From NCBI GenBank assembly GCA_964623775.1, contig CAZUVH010000004.1:12280-76279 (forward strand): 64,000 nt of DNA, given 5' to 3'. Positions within the stretch are counted from its first letter, which is position 1. Every line of letters begins with the position of its first letter. Shown here piece by piece: positions 9,352 through 18,016 of this stretch. This DNA comes from an uncultured Candidatus Saccharibacteria bacterium (GTDB taxonomy: Bacteria > Patescibacteriota > Minisyncoccia > Phycocordibacterales > UBA2100). Below the pieces are notes generated by a model. The model had not been told where the DNA came from and searched no databases. It saw nothing but the letters and a program-made list of their open reading frames with translations. The translations under genes were made by a program, and so were the position numbers.

Positions 9352-9363
9352 GCATATACGTAT

Positions 9364-9675
9364 ATGGTAATCCTTGAAAAAACGAGTAGCGGGGTGACGG
9401 GGATTTTTAAGAAAATTGCAAGCGCAGCCCTCGTGGTATCTGGGTTTGTGCTGATATTTTTCACGACGCATTCAAAATCTTCGGGAGTCACGCAATCGAT
9501 TTACGGTGCGGACGTAGCGCATGCGGATGTACCATCTGGCGACAGCGCAAGCAGCTCAGGCGACGCATCTGGCAGCGGCAGCGGCGCGAGCGATTGCGGC
9601 GGTGGCGGTGACTGCGGAGGTTCTGATGGTTGCGGAGGCTGTGGCGACAGCGGTTCTGATAGTGGGGGGTACTAA
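9364..9675 (+). CDS. Candidate RiPP precursor peptide, copy 1 (hydrophobic N-terminal helix, Gly/Ser/Cys-rich C-terminal core)
   Basis: Track ORF 9313..9675; the start conserved with copy 2 is MVILEKTSSG at 9364. The C-terminus SGDSASSSGDASGSGSGASDCGGGGDCGGSDGCGGCGDSGSDSGGY has 6 Cys in a Gly/Ser matrix and is microcin B17-like. It is divergent from YcaO. Confidence 0.55.
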   Translation: MVILEKTSSGVTGIFKKIASAALVVSGFVLIFFTTHSKSSGVTQSIYGADVAHADVPSGDSASSSGDASGSGSGASDCGGGGDCGGSDGCGGCGDSGSDSGGY

Positions 9676-9693
9676 ATCGTGGTGCCGAAAACA

Positions 9694-10806
9694 ATGTCAC
9701 ACATTTTAAGACTTATCGTTTGGTTGCTCGCACTATTAATTCCGATAATAGTCGTTTATGGCGTCTACAACCTCGTTATACTGAAAAGTGCACAACCCGT
9801 TCCCTCTGATTTGGTCCCTATCTTGCAGGCAATCCGAAATGGAAACGAACAAGCCGCCATTGATCTCTACGAGACCATTCAGAATGATCCGAGCAAGAAC
9901 GCCGGTGATAAGGCGCTCGCGACCCTTTATATTTTAAATACGAGCTACAGTTTATCCGGCGACGGCGACGACAGTCTGGAAGAGGTGAAGGCGTTGAAAA
10001 AAATAATCAATGATCCGCTGATAATCAAGAAGGTGCGAGCGGCAGCCGTCAATGTCCTTGGGAATGAGTACAATGTTTCAGGAAAGAATCTAGACGTTGT
10101 CACCGAGATTTACAAAGACGAACCATTTCGCTCATATGAAGTTCCCGGGGATCCGGAACTATCATCCTTGAACCTTCAGAAGTGGTCATACGACATGTTT
10201 CCTTCGTCTGCTGCGGCAATAAGCGTCGCACAGATCGCCTCTGGACGATATTTTTCCCATCCAGATCAGCCGGCGAGCACCACAGCGGCCTACGTGGCTA
10301 TGGCCGAGGATTACCTGGGCAAGGCTGAAGCAGCCGTCATCGAGGAGCTGGAGGGCAATCCTCAGTGGTATGTGGCCAGCCATCGATACATGATATACCG
10401 CTCAATGCGAGCGATCACAATCGGTCGTCTGGCTATAACAAAGGGGGAACCGTACCGCAGTGCATACCGCAGAGAATTCGATGATTTTTTCGCACATGCG
10501 GAGGGGAAGAAAAGCGCCGCAGCAAGTAAAGCAATTCTCAGTACACGCTTTCAGTATGCCAGAGTTCTTGCCGCCGATAAGGACGAGATCAACGAAAAAA
10601 TACAGCTCGACCAGCTGGCGCAAGCACTCAACTCGCTTCAGGATCCCGATAACTATCCTCTCGTACTCCTTTTTAAGAACGAGTATTTAAACCAACCAAC
10701 TGGCCTGACGTGGACCGCTGTAAAACGGATGGCCACAGTATCGCCGGATTTCAAAGTTGCGGTTGAAAGGCTCACTGTTCTGGCTTCGACCCACGCTTCG
10801 CAGTGA
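9694..10806 (+). CDS. Membrane-anchored protein of unknown function (conserved in both cassette copies)
   Basis: About 370 aa with an N-terminal TM helix. It is a paralog of 18017..19105 (shared motifs EIYKD.PF.SY.VP.DP.LS.LN, AAAKG, SPD.K.AV). Confidence 0.5.
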   Translation: MSHILRLIVWLLALLIPIIVVYGVYNLVILKSAQPVPSDLVPILQAIRNGNEQAAIDLYETIQNDPSKNAGDKALATLYILNTSYSLSGDGDDSLEEVKALKKIINDPLIIKKVRAAAVNVLGNEYNVSGKNLDVVTEIYKDEPFRSYEVPGDPELSSLNLQKWSYDMFPSSAAAISVAQIASGRYFSHPDQPASTTAAYVAMAEDYLGKAEAAVIEELEGNPQWYVASHRYMIYRSMRAITIGRLAITKGEPYRSAYRREFDDFFAHAEGKKSAAASKAILSTRFQYARVLAADKDEINEKIQLDQLAQALNSLQDPDNYPLVLLFKNEYLNQPTGLTWTAVKRMATVSPDFKVAVERLTVLASTHASQ

Positions 10807-11615
10807 AAAGTAGGACGATACATATTGCCCGTAAAAAGATCGTCTCGATAGGGGTGATTGTTCTCGTATCTCTCGGAGTTTTGGTTGTGTTGTACCCCGA
10901 GGTCGCGCGCGGAGTATATGAAGTCGTTTCGACACGGTTGTTTCCAAATGCTGATCGTGAATTTGCATACGGCGAACGACATTTTGATACATACAAGCCG
11001 GAAGCGTATAGCATAGACCTTGCCGAATACTTTTTTCGACAGGCGGAGAAGCATGATCCAAAAATCCCGTATCTCTACCATGAAATAGCCCGTGTCGATT
11101 TTCTGAAAGGCAATCTCCATAAGGCGCTTATCGAGATCAATATTCAGATTCAAAGGCACGGAGATAAGACGCCGAATTCGTACTACATTCGCGGGCTGAT
11201 CGAAGGGTACATAGGGGATTATGTCGCTGCGGCGAAGGATTATGAGCGGTATTTACAATTCGACCCGACGAATTGGGCGGCGATCAACGACTACGCGTGG
11301 GTCCTCCTAAAAGCGGAGCGTTATACAGACGCCGAACGAGCGATAGTAAAAGGTCTCACGTATTTCCCCGACAATCCGTGGCTCCTCAACTCGTATGCCA
11401 CAGCGCTCTTTGAGCTTGGAAAACATGAGCGCGCCCTCGTCAGCGCAAAAAAAGCGCAAGAACGGATGCTGCACCTGACGGAAGGAGAGTGGTCGCGCGC
11501 ATATCCCGGGAATGATCCTGAGATTGCAGGGCAGGGAGTATCCACATTCAGGACAGCGGTAGAGGCGAACGTGCGCACTATTGAGGCAGCTATCGCGTCA
11601 AGCACGAAAAAGTAA
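10803..11615 (+). CDS. TPR-like repeat protein, membrane-anchored (conserved in both cassette copies)
   Basis: 270 aa with an N-terminal TM helix. It is a strong paralog of 19111..19911 (QGYEVVSTRL, PYLYHE.AR..FL, IQRHGD.TPNSYY, AYPGNDP). Confidence 0.5.
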   Translation: MKSRTIHIARKKIVSIGVIVLVSLGVLVVLYPEVARGVYEVVSTRLFPNADREFAYGERHFDTYKPEAYSIDLAEYFFRQAEKHDPKIPYLYHEIARVDFLKGNLHKALIEINIQIQRHGDKTPNSYYIRGLIEGYIGDYVAAAKDYERYLQFDPTNWAAINDYAWVLLKAERYTDAERAIVKGLTYFPDNPWLLNSYATALFELGKHERALVSAKKAQERMLHLTEGEWSRAYPGNDPEIAGQGVSTFRTAVEANVRTIEAAIASSTKK

Positions 11616-11716
11616 AATACCTCCCCGTTCACTCGGTTTATCAACATCGTGCGCACCGTATAAAAAAAGTATTGATATGATTGGGGTAATAGAGCCGCAC
11701 TCGACCGTATTTTTTT

Positions 11717-13231
11717 ATGCAACATCCTCATACAGCAAAGAGTCGGACGTGGCATCTCGTCCGGCGTCAGCTTGCAGTCGTCGCGGGGTTGAGTATTTTT
11801 GCGTTCGCACTTTTTGTTGGCGTGAACTCTTTCGATGCGCGCCAGACCAACCTTTCTCCCGAGGTCAAATTTACCGATGTCTCCGCGAACGGCATGCAGA
11901 TAGTCCCCGCGTCTTGCCCCTCGTCGCCGCACTATGCGGGTGAGTGCAGTGCTTGTACGATAAGCGCCTCGCCATCGACGATATTAGAAGGTCAAAGTAC
12001 AACATTGACATGGGCAACGCCCGTTCTTGATCCTATATACACGGCCAGCGGATCAATCAGCCCGACCGTCGGCGCCGTTGCAGGATCAGGCAGTACCGCC
12101 GTAACCCCATCTGTCACTACGACATACACATATTCAGGCACTTATTACTTTGGCGGTGCCCCGACGGCGAGTACGTACACGTGTGCGACGACGGTCACGG
12201 TTAATGCGTTACCGCCCGCAGCCGTAACGAATCTTACGGTATCGACCCCTGCACCTGGCACATCGGCGACTCTCACCTGGACGGCTTCTCCTGGGGCAAC
12301 CAACTACTACATCAACGTCAACAACAAAATGAACGCATGGGGGCCAACTCTCTGCAATGGCACAATAAACGACGGCAATACAAATGACCTGTGCTATGCC
12401 TCGACTGCGGGTACATCGTATACATTTCCATACTGTATTCCGGGATCAGATTACTGGGCGGTCGTATACGCAAGTAATTCGGGAGGAACTTCCGCCGGTA
12501 CAGTCATAGATTTCTCTTGTCGACCCGGCCCGGTGACCAACCTTACAGCGTCGTGTCCTGCGCCAGGGACTGCGGCAATCTTGAATTGGACCGCCGTTTC
12601 TGGGGCAACCAACTACTACATCAACGTCAACAACAAAATGAACGCATGGGGGCCAACTCTCTGCAATGGCACAATAAACGACGGCAATACAAATGACCTG
12701 TGCTATGCCTCGACTGCGGGTACATCGTATACATTTCCGTACGGCATCGGAGGATCAGATTACTGGGCGGTCGTATACGCAAGTAATTCGGGAGGAGTTT
12801 CGACCAGTACAGCCGTAGATTTCTCCTGCGTTTCGCCGTGTGCCGACAGTTACTTCTGTCAGGGCAATGATCTCATGCATCAAGATACGGCTTGTAATAA
12901 TACGGTCAGCTTGATATGCAGCTATGGATGTTCAGCCGGCGCGTGCATTGTGCCGAACCCCACGATCAATCTCTCTGTCACGCCACTGCTCCTCCAAAAG
13001 GGTGAGATGTCACAGGTGGTGTGGAGCACTACCGACATGAGCTCTTGCACCGTGACGAGTAACAACGGCGCTTCGTGGAGCGGGCTCTCCGGCTCGCAGA
13101 CCTCGCCGGCGATACAAATGCAAACGATCTTCACTGTCCGCTGTACTTCGGTCATGGATACCACGGTCTCGCAGGCTGCGACAGTCAATATCATCCCGGT
13201 ATTCTGCGAACCGGGGACACCGGAGTGCTAA
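11717..13231 (+). CDS. Secreted/membrane-anchored Cys-rich repeat protein (two near-identical ~100-aa repeats; conserved C-terminal domain)
   Basis: 504 aa with an N-terminal TM or signal segment. An internal tandem repeat (nt ~12240-12530 vs ~12540-12830) encodes VTNLT.S.PAPGT.A.L.WTA.SGATNYYINVNNKMNAWGPTLCNGTINDGNTNDLCYASTAGTSYTFPY. The C-terminal domain is shared with 19923..21548. Confidence 0.55.
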   Translation: MQHPHTAKSRTWHLVRRQLAVVAGLSIFAFALFVGVNSFDARQTNLSPEVKFTDVSANGMQIVPASCPSSPHYAGECSACTISASPSTILEGQSTTLTWATPVLDPIYTASGSISPTVGAVAGSGSTAVTPSVTTTYTYSGTYYFGGAPTASTYTCATTVTVNALPPAAVTNLTVSTPAPGTSATLTWTASPGATNYYINVNNKMNAWGPTLCNGTINDGNTNDLCYASTAGTSYTFPYCIPGSDYWAVVYASNSGGTSAGTVIDFSCRPGPVTNLTASCPAPGTAAILNWTAVSGATNYYINVNNKMNAWGPTLCNGTINDGNTNDLCYASTAGTSYTFPYGIGGSDYWAVVYASNSGGVSTSTAVDFSCVSPCADSYFCQGNDLMHQDTACNNTVSLICSYGCSAGACIVPNPTINLSVTPLLLQKGEMSQVVWSTTDMSSCTVTSNNGASWSGLSGSQTSPAIQMQTIFTVRCTSVMDTTVSQAATVNIIPVFCEPGTPEC

Positions 13232-13270
13232 GACTAGAGTCTCGGGGGCAATGATTCGTACAGGAAAGAC

Positions 13271-14905
13271 TCACCGCACCTTTTTCAGGCAATACAATTC
13301 GTTGGCTACCGTGCGCGCAAAAATTGATTTTGTTTTTTCGTTGTACGCAATTTTACTCATGAAGCGCTCACTTGCCTGGAAATAGCCGATCTTTGTGCCG
13401 CACTCAACATCTATTTCATACAGACATCCGTCGTTGGAGCCGAGAAAGAGGGAATCGTCCACAATAGCGGGCGCGCCGAATATCCTCCCACGCGTCTCAA
13501 ATGACCATCGTCTCTTTGATGTCTCGATATCGATCGCATAGAGCGATTTGTCGAGCGAAGCTACGTACACGGTGCCTTCGTGAACGAGGGGTATGGAGTA
13601 GATCGCGGCACCGGTCTCGTATGCATAGAGCGGCTCTCCCGTCTGCGCGGAGAGTGCATACAGCTTTCCGTCCATTGAAGCAAAGAAAATGATTCTTCTT
13701 TTCGGATCGTACGCTGGAGCGACCTTGATATCGCCCCTGGTCGCATAACGCCAGAGCAATTGGCCCGTTTTTGCATCGTACGCATAGCAGATGCCGTCGT
13801 TGCTCCCGATCACGACGATCCCTTCTTCTCGTATATAGAGGGGTGACCCATGGGTGAGTGCGGGGGATTTCTCTTGCCAACGCCTTGCCCCGGTGTGCAT
13901 ATCAAGCGCTACGATCCCACCGCGTTTGCCAAAGAGTCCGAATTCCAAACCGATATAGATGAGGCCGAGATCCGGCGCGAGCGACGGGGAAGAGCCGACC
14001 CAGTCGGCGTCGTCGTAGCGCCATTTTTCCGTGCCTGTCTTCGCGTCGAGTGCGTACACGACGCCGTCATATGCGCCGAAGTACAAGATTCCTTTGTGAA
14101 GCGCGGGAGTCGAAAGAATCCCTTTTCCTTCCGGATATTTTCCTACAGTGAATTCCCAGGCGACCTCGCCACTTCTCTGGTCGAGCGCGCGCATGACGCC
14201 GTCGTCACACCCGAGATACACGAGCGTGTCGTCGATGACCGGTGCGGATTTCTGCACGACGGTATGAAAGCTCGGGTTGGGCCCTGTATATCGCCACACC
14301 GTCTCGAATTCGCTCCCTTTTTCCGGCGGGGTGTTTTTGAGGAGCGGCATCCCGAAATCTTCGAGCGTAAAGAGATTATGTACGGCGACACCCTTCTCTT
14401 CGAATTTTTTGTACGCGTCTTCTGATCTAAACGCGAGAATTGTGAATATATCGGTGACTTTTTTTCCTGTGTCAGCAAGCACGGCCAACTGCTTTTCAAA
14501 TGTAGAGCCTGTATTGATGAGATCGTCGACGAGGACGATCGGATCATCGGTGAGCGTGCCTTCGATCTGACGCATGAGACCCTGGCGTTTGCGCGATTTG
14601 CGGATATAAAAACCATTGACGGGGGTCCCGCGCTCGACTCCTTTCATCACGATCGCAGAGACGAGCGAGATCGCGGCCGTTTCCATTGCGCCGACCTGAA
14701 AGGGGAGCTTCGGGGCGTACAGTTCCCAAAAAATCTCGGCATATCGATTGAGCCACTGCGGCTGGAGCATGAGCGCGCGGAAATCGAACAACCAATCCTC
14801 ACGTCTTCCCGACTGCTCGGATGCGACGATGACCGCCCCCGATTCTCTTTTTACGAGGACTACGGACTCTATTGCCTGTCGTAGATCGTCGTATTTTTTT
14901 TTCAT
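13271..14905 (-). CDS. Fusion protein: type I phosphoribosyltransferase domain + PQQ-repeat beta-propeller
   Basis: 544 aa. The N-terminal PRPP-binding motif IVLVDDLINTGSTF (PRTase) is followed by repeated YALDAKTG..W, YAYDAKTGQLLW and YALSAQTGEPLY PQQ/BamB-type propeller blades. Confidence 0.65.
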   Translation of the reverse strand: MKKKYDDLRQAIESVVLVKRESGAVIVASEQSGRREDWLFDFRALMLQPQWLNRYAEIFWELYAPKLPFQVGAMETAAISLVSAIVMKGVERGTPVNGFYIRKSRKRQGLMRQIEGTLTDDPIVLVDDLINTGSTFEKQLAVLADTGKKVTDIFTILAFRSEDAYKKFEEKGVAVHNLFTLEDFGMPLLKNTPPEKGSEFETVWRYTGPNPSFHTVVQKSAPVIDDTLVYLGCDDGVMRALDQRSGEVAWEFTVGKYPEGKGILSTPALHKGILYFGAYDGVVYALDAKTGTEKWRYDDADWVGSSPSLAPDLGLIYIGLEFGLFGKRGGIVALDMHTGARRWQEKSPALTHGSPLYIREEGIVVIGSNDGICYAYDAKTGQLLWRYATRGDIKVAPAYDPKRRIIFFASMDGKLYALSAQTGEPLYAYETGAAIYSIPLVHEGTVYVASLDKSLYAIDIETSKRRWSFETRGRIFGAPAIVDDSLFLGSNDGCLYEIDVECGTKIGYFQASERFMSKIAYNEKTKSIFARTVANELYCLKKVR

Positions 14906-14910
14906 ACCGC

Positions 14911-14977
14911 GTGCTATTTTTTGCGGCTCGCGAGAGTTCGAAATGAAAGCTCGTTTTCATTTCGTTCGAGCGAAGAC
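14911..14977. repeat. ~65-bp palindromic intergenic repeat, family member 1 (inverted relative to the copy at 30906-30970)
   Basis: GCGGCTCGCGAGAGTTCGAAATGAAAGCTCGTTTTCATTTCGTTCGAGCGAAGACGCAAAAA. Its reverse complement matches 30906-30970 at ~85%, including the CGAAATGAA..TTCATTTCG hairpin core. Confidence 0.5.
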
Positions 14978-15046
14978 GCAAAAAAGGTTTAAATCTTTAT
15001 AGCATGAGGCATACACATGTGTAATGCCCTGTTTCTGTCTCATACA

Positions 15047-15080
15047 CAAAAAAAGACCGCCCTATGCAAATGGGGCGGTC
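15047..15080 (-). terminator. Rho-independent terminator of copy-2 YcaO-SagB operon
   Basis: GACCGCCC-tatgcaaat-GGGCGGTC hairpin followed by a T-run on the minus strand. Confidence 0.55.
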
Positions 15081-15099
15081 TGAAAGTTCTTAGGAAGAT

Positions 15100-15345
15100 T
15101 TATTTGCAGGGTGGTCGGATCCTGCAGCTAAACGGGCCGTTCTCGCCGATACCGTTCCAGTTGCAGGTGCTCTTGCACGTCCTGTAGGCAACCCCACAGT
15201 CCGGTGAGGGCATTTTGGCCGCCCGACGTGCCTCGCACGTCGATTTGCCTGCCTCACACGAGGGAATTGTATTGCAGAACTGCGCTGACGCAGGGGACGC
15301 CACCACCACGGCAGCAACGAACATCGTCGCAAGAAGTACACGCAT
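15100..15345 (-). CDS. Small secreted Cys-rich protein (8 Cys), last gene of copy-2 operon
   Basis: 81 aa. Signal peptide MRVLLATMFVAAVVVASPASA, then CNTIPSCEAGKSTCE...CKSTCNW...FSCRIRPPCK. Confidence 0.45.
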   Translation of the reverse strand: MRVLLATMFVAAVVVASPASAQFCNTIPSCEAGKSTCEARRAAKMPSPDCGVAYRTCKSTCNWNGIGENGPFSCRIRPPCK

Positions 15346-15441
15346 GTCTCGCTCCTTCCTATCGCACGCATTTTGCGCACGATCTCTAATGCAGATTAGA
15401 CCCTTTTAGGGGCACAAGTCAATTTTTTTGCGCCGGCAGCT

Positions 15442-16152
15442 TCATCCTTTGCACACGGTGATCGTATGCACCGTTTGCTCCTCACTTTCGTCGAGATCAA
15501 GAAGCTCCGCAATGCGCTCATCATTAAATCCGGCAAAAGGTCGAAGGTTGAGCCCGAGCGCGTTCCCGACGAGGAGGATATTTTCGCCCATGTGACCTGC
15601 TTCCAGAAGCGCTACCGTGTACGTGAAATCCCCGTATTTTGTGGAGGAGCGTCTCCATACGCTCGTAAAAACGAGAAGCATTGAAGGGGGAAGTGACTCA
15701 GGATATGCGGCAAGCTGTTTTAGATCGTAGTCCTCGGGAAGGCTCCAGAGGCACTCGAGCGCATGATCGCTCGGATTGTAGTGAAATACTGCTGGTGCCT
15801 GTGATTCGAGTGCAGTCGATACGAGGTACGTTTCGATTGGATAGAGCGCGCCTCCCGAAGGGTAGTTGCGATTTACGGAATTTGGTCGCCTCTGTAGCGA
15901 CCCGAGCAACGTGCCGCATTCTTGCAGAGTGAGAGGCGCGCACGTATTTCCTCCAAAAGACGAATGACGGTGTGTGATAGCGTCCTGTAAATCCACACCG
16001 AGTTTCGCCGGCTTCGGAAGCGGGATCTGCTTCATGCGAGCGTAGCGTTTGTGCATCCCCGTGGGCACGTCTTCGGTACGGTGCGTGGCGCCTCGATGCG
16101 TCAGAAGTGTGCGACGCAAATCTGTATGCAGGTGAGATAAAAATGATGTCAT
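15442..16152 (-). CDS. SagB-type dehydrogenase, copy 2
   Basis: 236 aa. It starts with the same MTSFLSHLH as copy 1 and carries the HRHSSFGG and NRNYPSGGALYPIETY motifs. It has an ATGA overlap with the YcaO stop. Confidence 0.8.
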   Translation of the reverse strand: MTSFLSHLHTDLRRTLLTHRGATHRTEDVPTGMHKRYARMKQIPLPKPAKLGVDLQDAITHRHSSFGGNTCAPLTLQECGTLLGSLQRRPNSVNRNYPSGGALYPIETYLVSTALESQAPAVFHYNPSDHALECLWSLPEDYDLKQLAAYPESLPPSMLLVFTSVWRRSSTKYGDFTYTVALLEAGHMGENILLVGNALGLNLRPFAGFNDERIAELLDLDESEEQTVHTITVCKG

Positions 16153-17588
16153 AAGAAAGGGTGCGGTCTCTCTCCAAACGGTTTTTTGCGCGGCGTATAC
16201 CCAAGTGCTTTTGGAACGTCATGCCACCTGTCACCGCCGAATTGTTGCACTGATTCATTGAGATATGTCGGCTGGAGCTCGGGAATCACCATCATCTCTA
16301 TGTGCAAGTGCGTTGGGTTTTTTTCTGAAGAAGTGAGAGGGACTGAAATACACTCGTAATCCTTATCCTTGCACCACTTAATAATCCTCTGCAAGTGCTC
16401 TTTCGTCGAGTCATTATCCCATGGACTCTTTTGGATCTCGATTTCCGGACCCTGCACCATAAATTCCAGGTGCTTGGAATGTTCGGGCACTGCCCAGTAG
16501 TAGACACGATCCATGTGGCCTATTTTCTCGATTGGAGTGCTCACGTCCCACTGGTTGCCCGCACTCATCCATTGTCTGCATAAACGATTCGCTCGGATTG
16601 CCTCAGCCATGGCTTTTTCGATGGCATGGGTGAGAGAGGTGTGAGCATTGAGGCCTATCGTGAAGCGGGGCGCGTTTCCCGATACATCCTCCATAATGAC
16701 CGCTACAGCATGGACTGGTGCATCTGTCGGTAGTTGAATTACGTGTGTCCTGAATTGATATCGCTCGCAGAGCGCGACCGCGCGCCTGAGAGTTTGCGAC
16801 TGTGCGAGTAGTGGAGAAAGTGCGATGCGGGGAAGTGTCAGCTGGTTGAACCACATGATCATGTACGCATCCCGTTCGATAAGCTCAAGCACCCCCCCAA
16901 GCCGGGCCCCGTTTTGTGTCGGCCATGTCGCAAGCCCGTTGGTGTTTCGCTGGCGGATAAGAGGTTCCTCTTTGGAACCCTGCCAATTAAGCGACGAACA
17001 GCTCACTGTCTGCGCTGGGATGTAGACAGAGCCTCCCTGTGTAAGGGATGTGCCCTGTATCCAGAGGTACTCTGCGTCGGGACGGAGGCGACGTCGGGGG
17101 TACTTTTCGCGCTGTTCGTTTGTAAAGCCCACAAAACTTTGCGGAGCTACGTGCCGTCCGTACTCAGCTATTTGTTCAGTAGTTGCCCGGACCTTACCAG
17201 TGAAATAGTCATCTTGAGTAAACCAGATGTAACGCTCAAGAGCCTCCGCAAGTGCCGCATACAAGGCGCCCTGGTCACTATCCCAGGAATAGCCGTTTGC
17301 CATGTGGTCTGTGGTGTCGTTGCATATGGCATACCATCCCCACATGCGCGGATCATCGGGACTATACGAGACTCTCCCGAGAGATTGTATGACACCAGCC
17401 TCTTTTAAAAGGGTGGCGAGTCTGAGCGGCTCTTCTAGGTCTGGGCGGGAAAAGGGGATATTGCGTAGATCCTTCACTATTTTGACGCCAAGATTTTTTT
17501 CCATGTAATCCGTCAGGGTTCTTCGCGCTCTGCTTCGTATATCGGCGCTCTCCAGTGTGTCGCGGTAGGGCACCGCATCGAAAATCAT
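16149..17588 (-). CDS. YcaO-domain protein, copy 2
   Basis: Track ORF 16149..17798 is N-extended. The start conserved with copy 1 (MIFDAVPY) is at 17588. It carries ALYAALAEALERYIW and RQRNTNGLATW. Confidence 0.85.
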   Translation of the reverse strand: MIFDAVPYRDTLESADIRSRARRTLTDYMEKNLGVKIVKDLRNIPFSRPDLEEPLRLATLLKEAGVIQSLGRVSYSPDDPRMWGWYAICNDTTDHMANGYSWDSDQGALYAALAEALERYIWFTQDDYFTGKVRATTEQIAEYGRHVAPQSFVGFTNEQREKYPRRRLRPDAEYLWIQGTSLTQGGSVYIPAQTVSCSSLNWQGSKEEPLIRQRNTNGLATWPTQNGARLGGVLELIERDAYMIMWFNQLTLPRIALSPLLAQSQTLRRAVALCERYQFRTHVIQLPTDAPVHAVAVIMEDVSGNAPRFTIGLNAHTSLTHAIEKAMAEAIRANRLCRQWMSAGNQWDVSTPIEKIGHMDRVYYWAVPEHSKHLEFMVQGPEIEIQKSPWDNDSTKEHLQRIIKWCKDKDYECISVPLTSSEKNPTHLHIEMMVIPELQPTYLNESVQQFGGDRWHDVPKALGYTPRKKPFGERPHPFL

Positions 17589-17595
17589 AGCGAGA

Positions 17596-17601
17596 TTATA
17601 G
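17596..17601 (-). promoter_or_regulatory. Consensus -10 (TATAAT) 7 nt upstream of the YcaO ATG, suggesting a leaderless transcript
   Basis: Reverse complement reads gctgcTATAATctcgctATG. Confidence 0.35.
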
Positions 17602-17649
17602 CAGCATCCACGCTGTCCGATACATTTTGCGACTATCCACCGAATGTCA

Positions 17650-17678
17650 TTGATGCATGGTCGCGTTCTTGTAATAAT
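17650..17678 (+). promoter_or_regulatory. Putative promoter for precursor operon copy 2 (TTGATG-N16-TAATAAT)
   Basis: Positioned like the copy-1 promoter. The ATG at 17691 is 12 nt downstream of the -10. Confidence 0.3.
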
Positions 17679-17690
17679 GTACACATCTGT

Positions 17691-17993
17691 ATGGCCATCA
17701 TTGAAAAGACAAGAAGCGGTGTACGAACCTTTTTTGAAAAAATCGGACAAGTGGGACTTATCACCGTTGGACTCGTGTCGCTCTTTTTTGCCCCTCATCC
17801 TAAATCATCCGATGTCGCACAATCAGGCGAGCATCTATTTGGTGCCGGCGTCGCGCATGCAGACGCGCCCTCAGGAGATTCGGCAAGCAGCGCCAGTGGC
17901 GATGCTGGCTGTGGTACCGGCGGCTGCGGTGCCGGCAGCAGCGATAGCGGTGGCGGCAGCGATAGTGGCTGCGGCTGCGGTGGGTGCTACTGA
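17691..17993 (+). CDS. Candidate RiPP precursor peptide, copy 2
   Basis: 100 aa: MAIIEKTRSGVRTFFEKIGQVGLITVGLVSLFFAPHP...GAGVAHADAPSGDSASSASGDAGCGTGGCGAGSSDSGGGSDSGCGCGGCY. It has the same architecture as 9364..9675, including the conserved VAHAD.PSGDSASS junction. Confidence 0.55.
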   Translation: MAIIEKTRSGVRTFFEKIGQVGLITVGLVSLFFAPHPKSSDVAQSGEHLFGAGVAHADAPSGDSASSASGDAGCGTGGCGAGSSDSGGGSDSGCGCGGCY

Positions 17994-18016
17994 GTTGAAC
18001 AAATTTAATCTTACCC

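Noticed and set aside
9488-9709. Minus-strand ORFs 9488..9700 / plus-strand 9521..9709 within the precursor gene (Arg/His/Cys-rich)
   Set aside because: They are alternative frames of the low-complexity GGC/GAC/AGC repeat DNA encoding the Gly/Ser/Cys core. The frame conserved with copy 2 is the Gly/Cys one.
16149-17798. 549-aa N-extended YcaO ORF overlapping the precursor gene 17691..17993
   Set aside because: Copy 1 starts at MIFDAVP. The equivalent ATG in copy 2 is at 17588 with a TATAAT just upstream. The extension would run through the divergent promoter and the precursor start.
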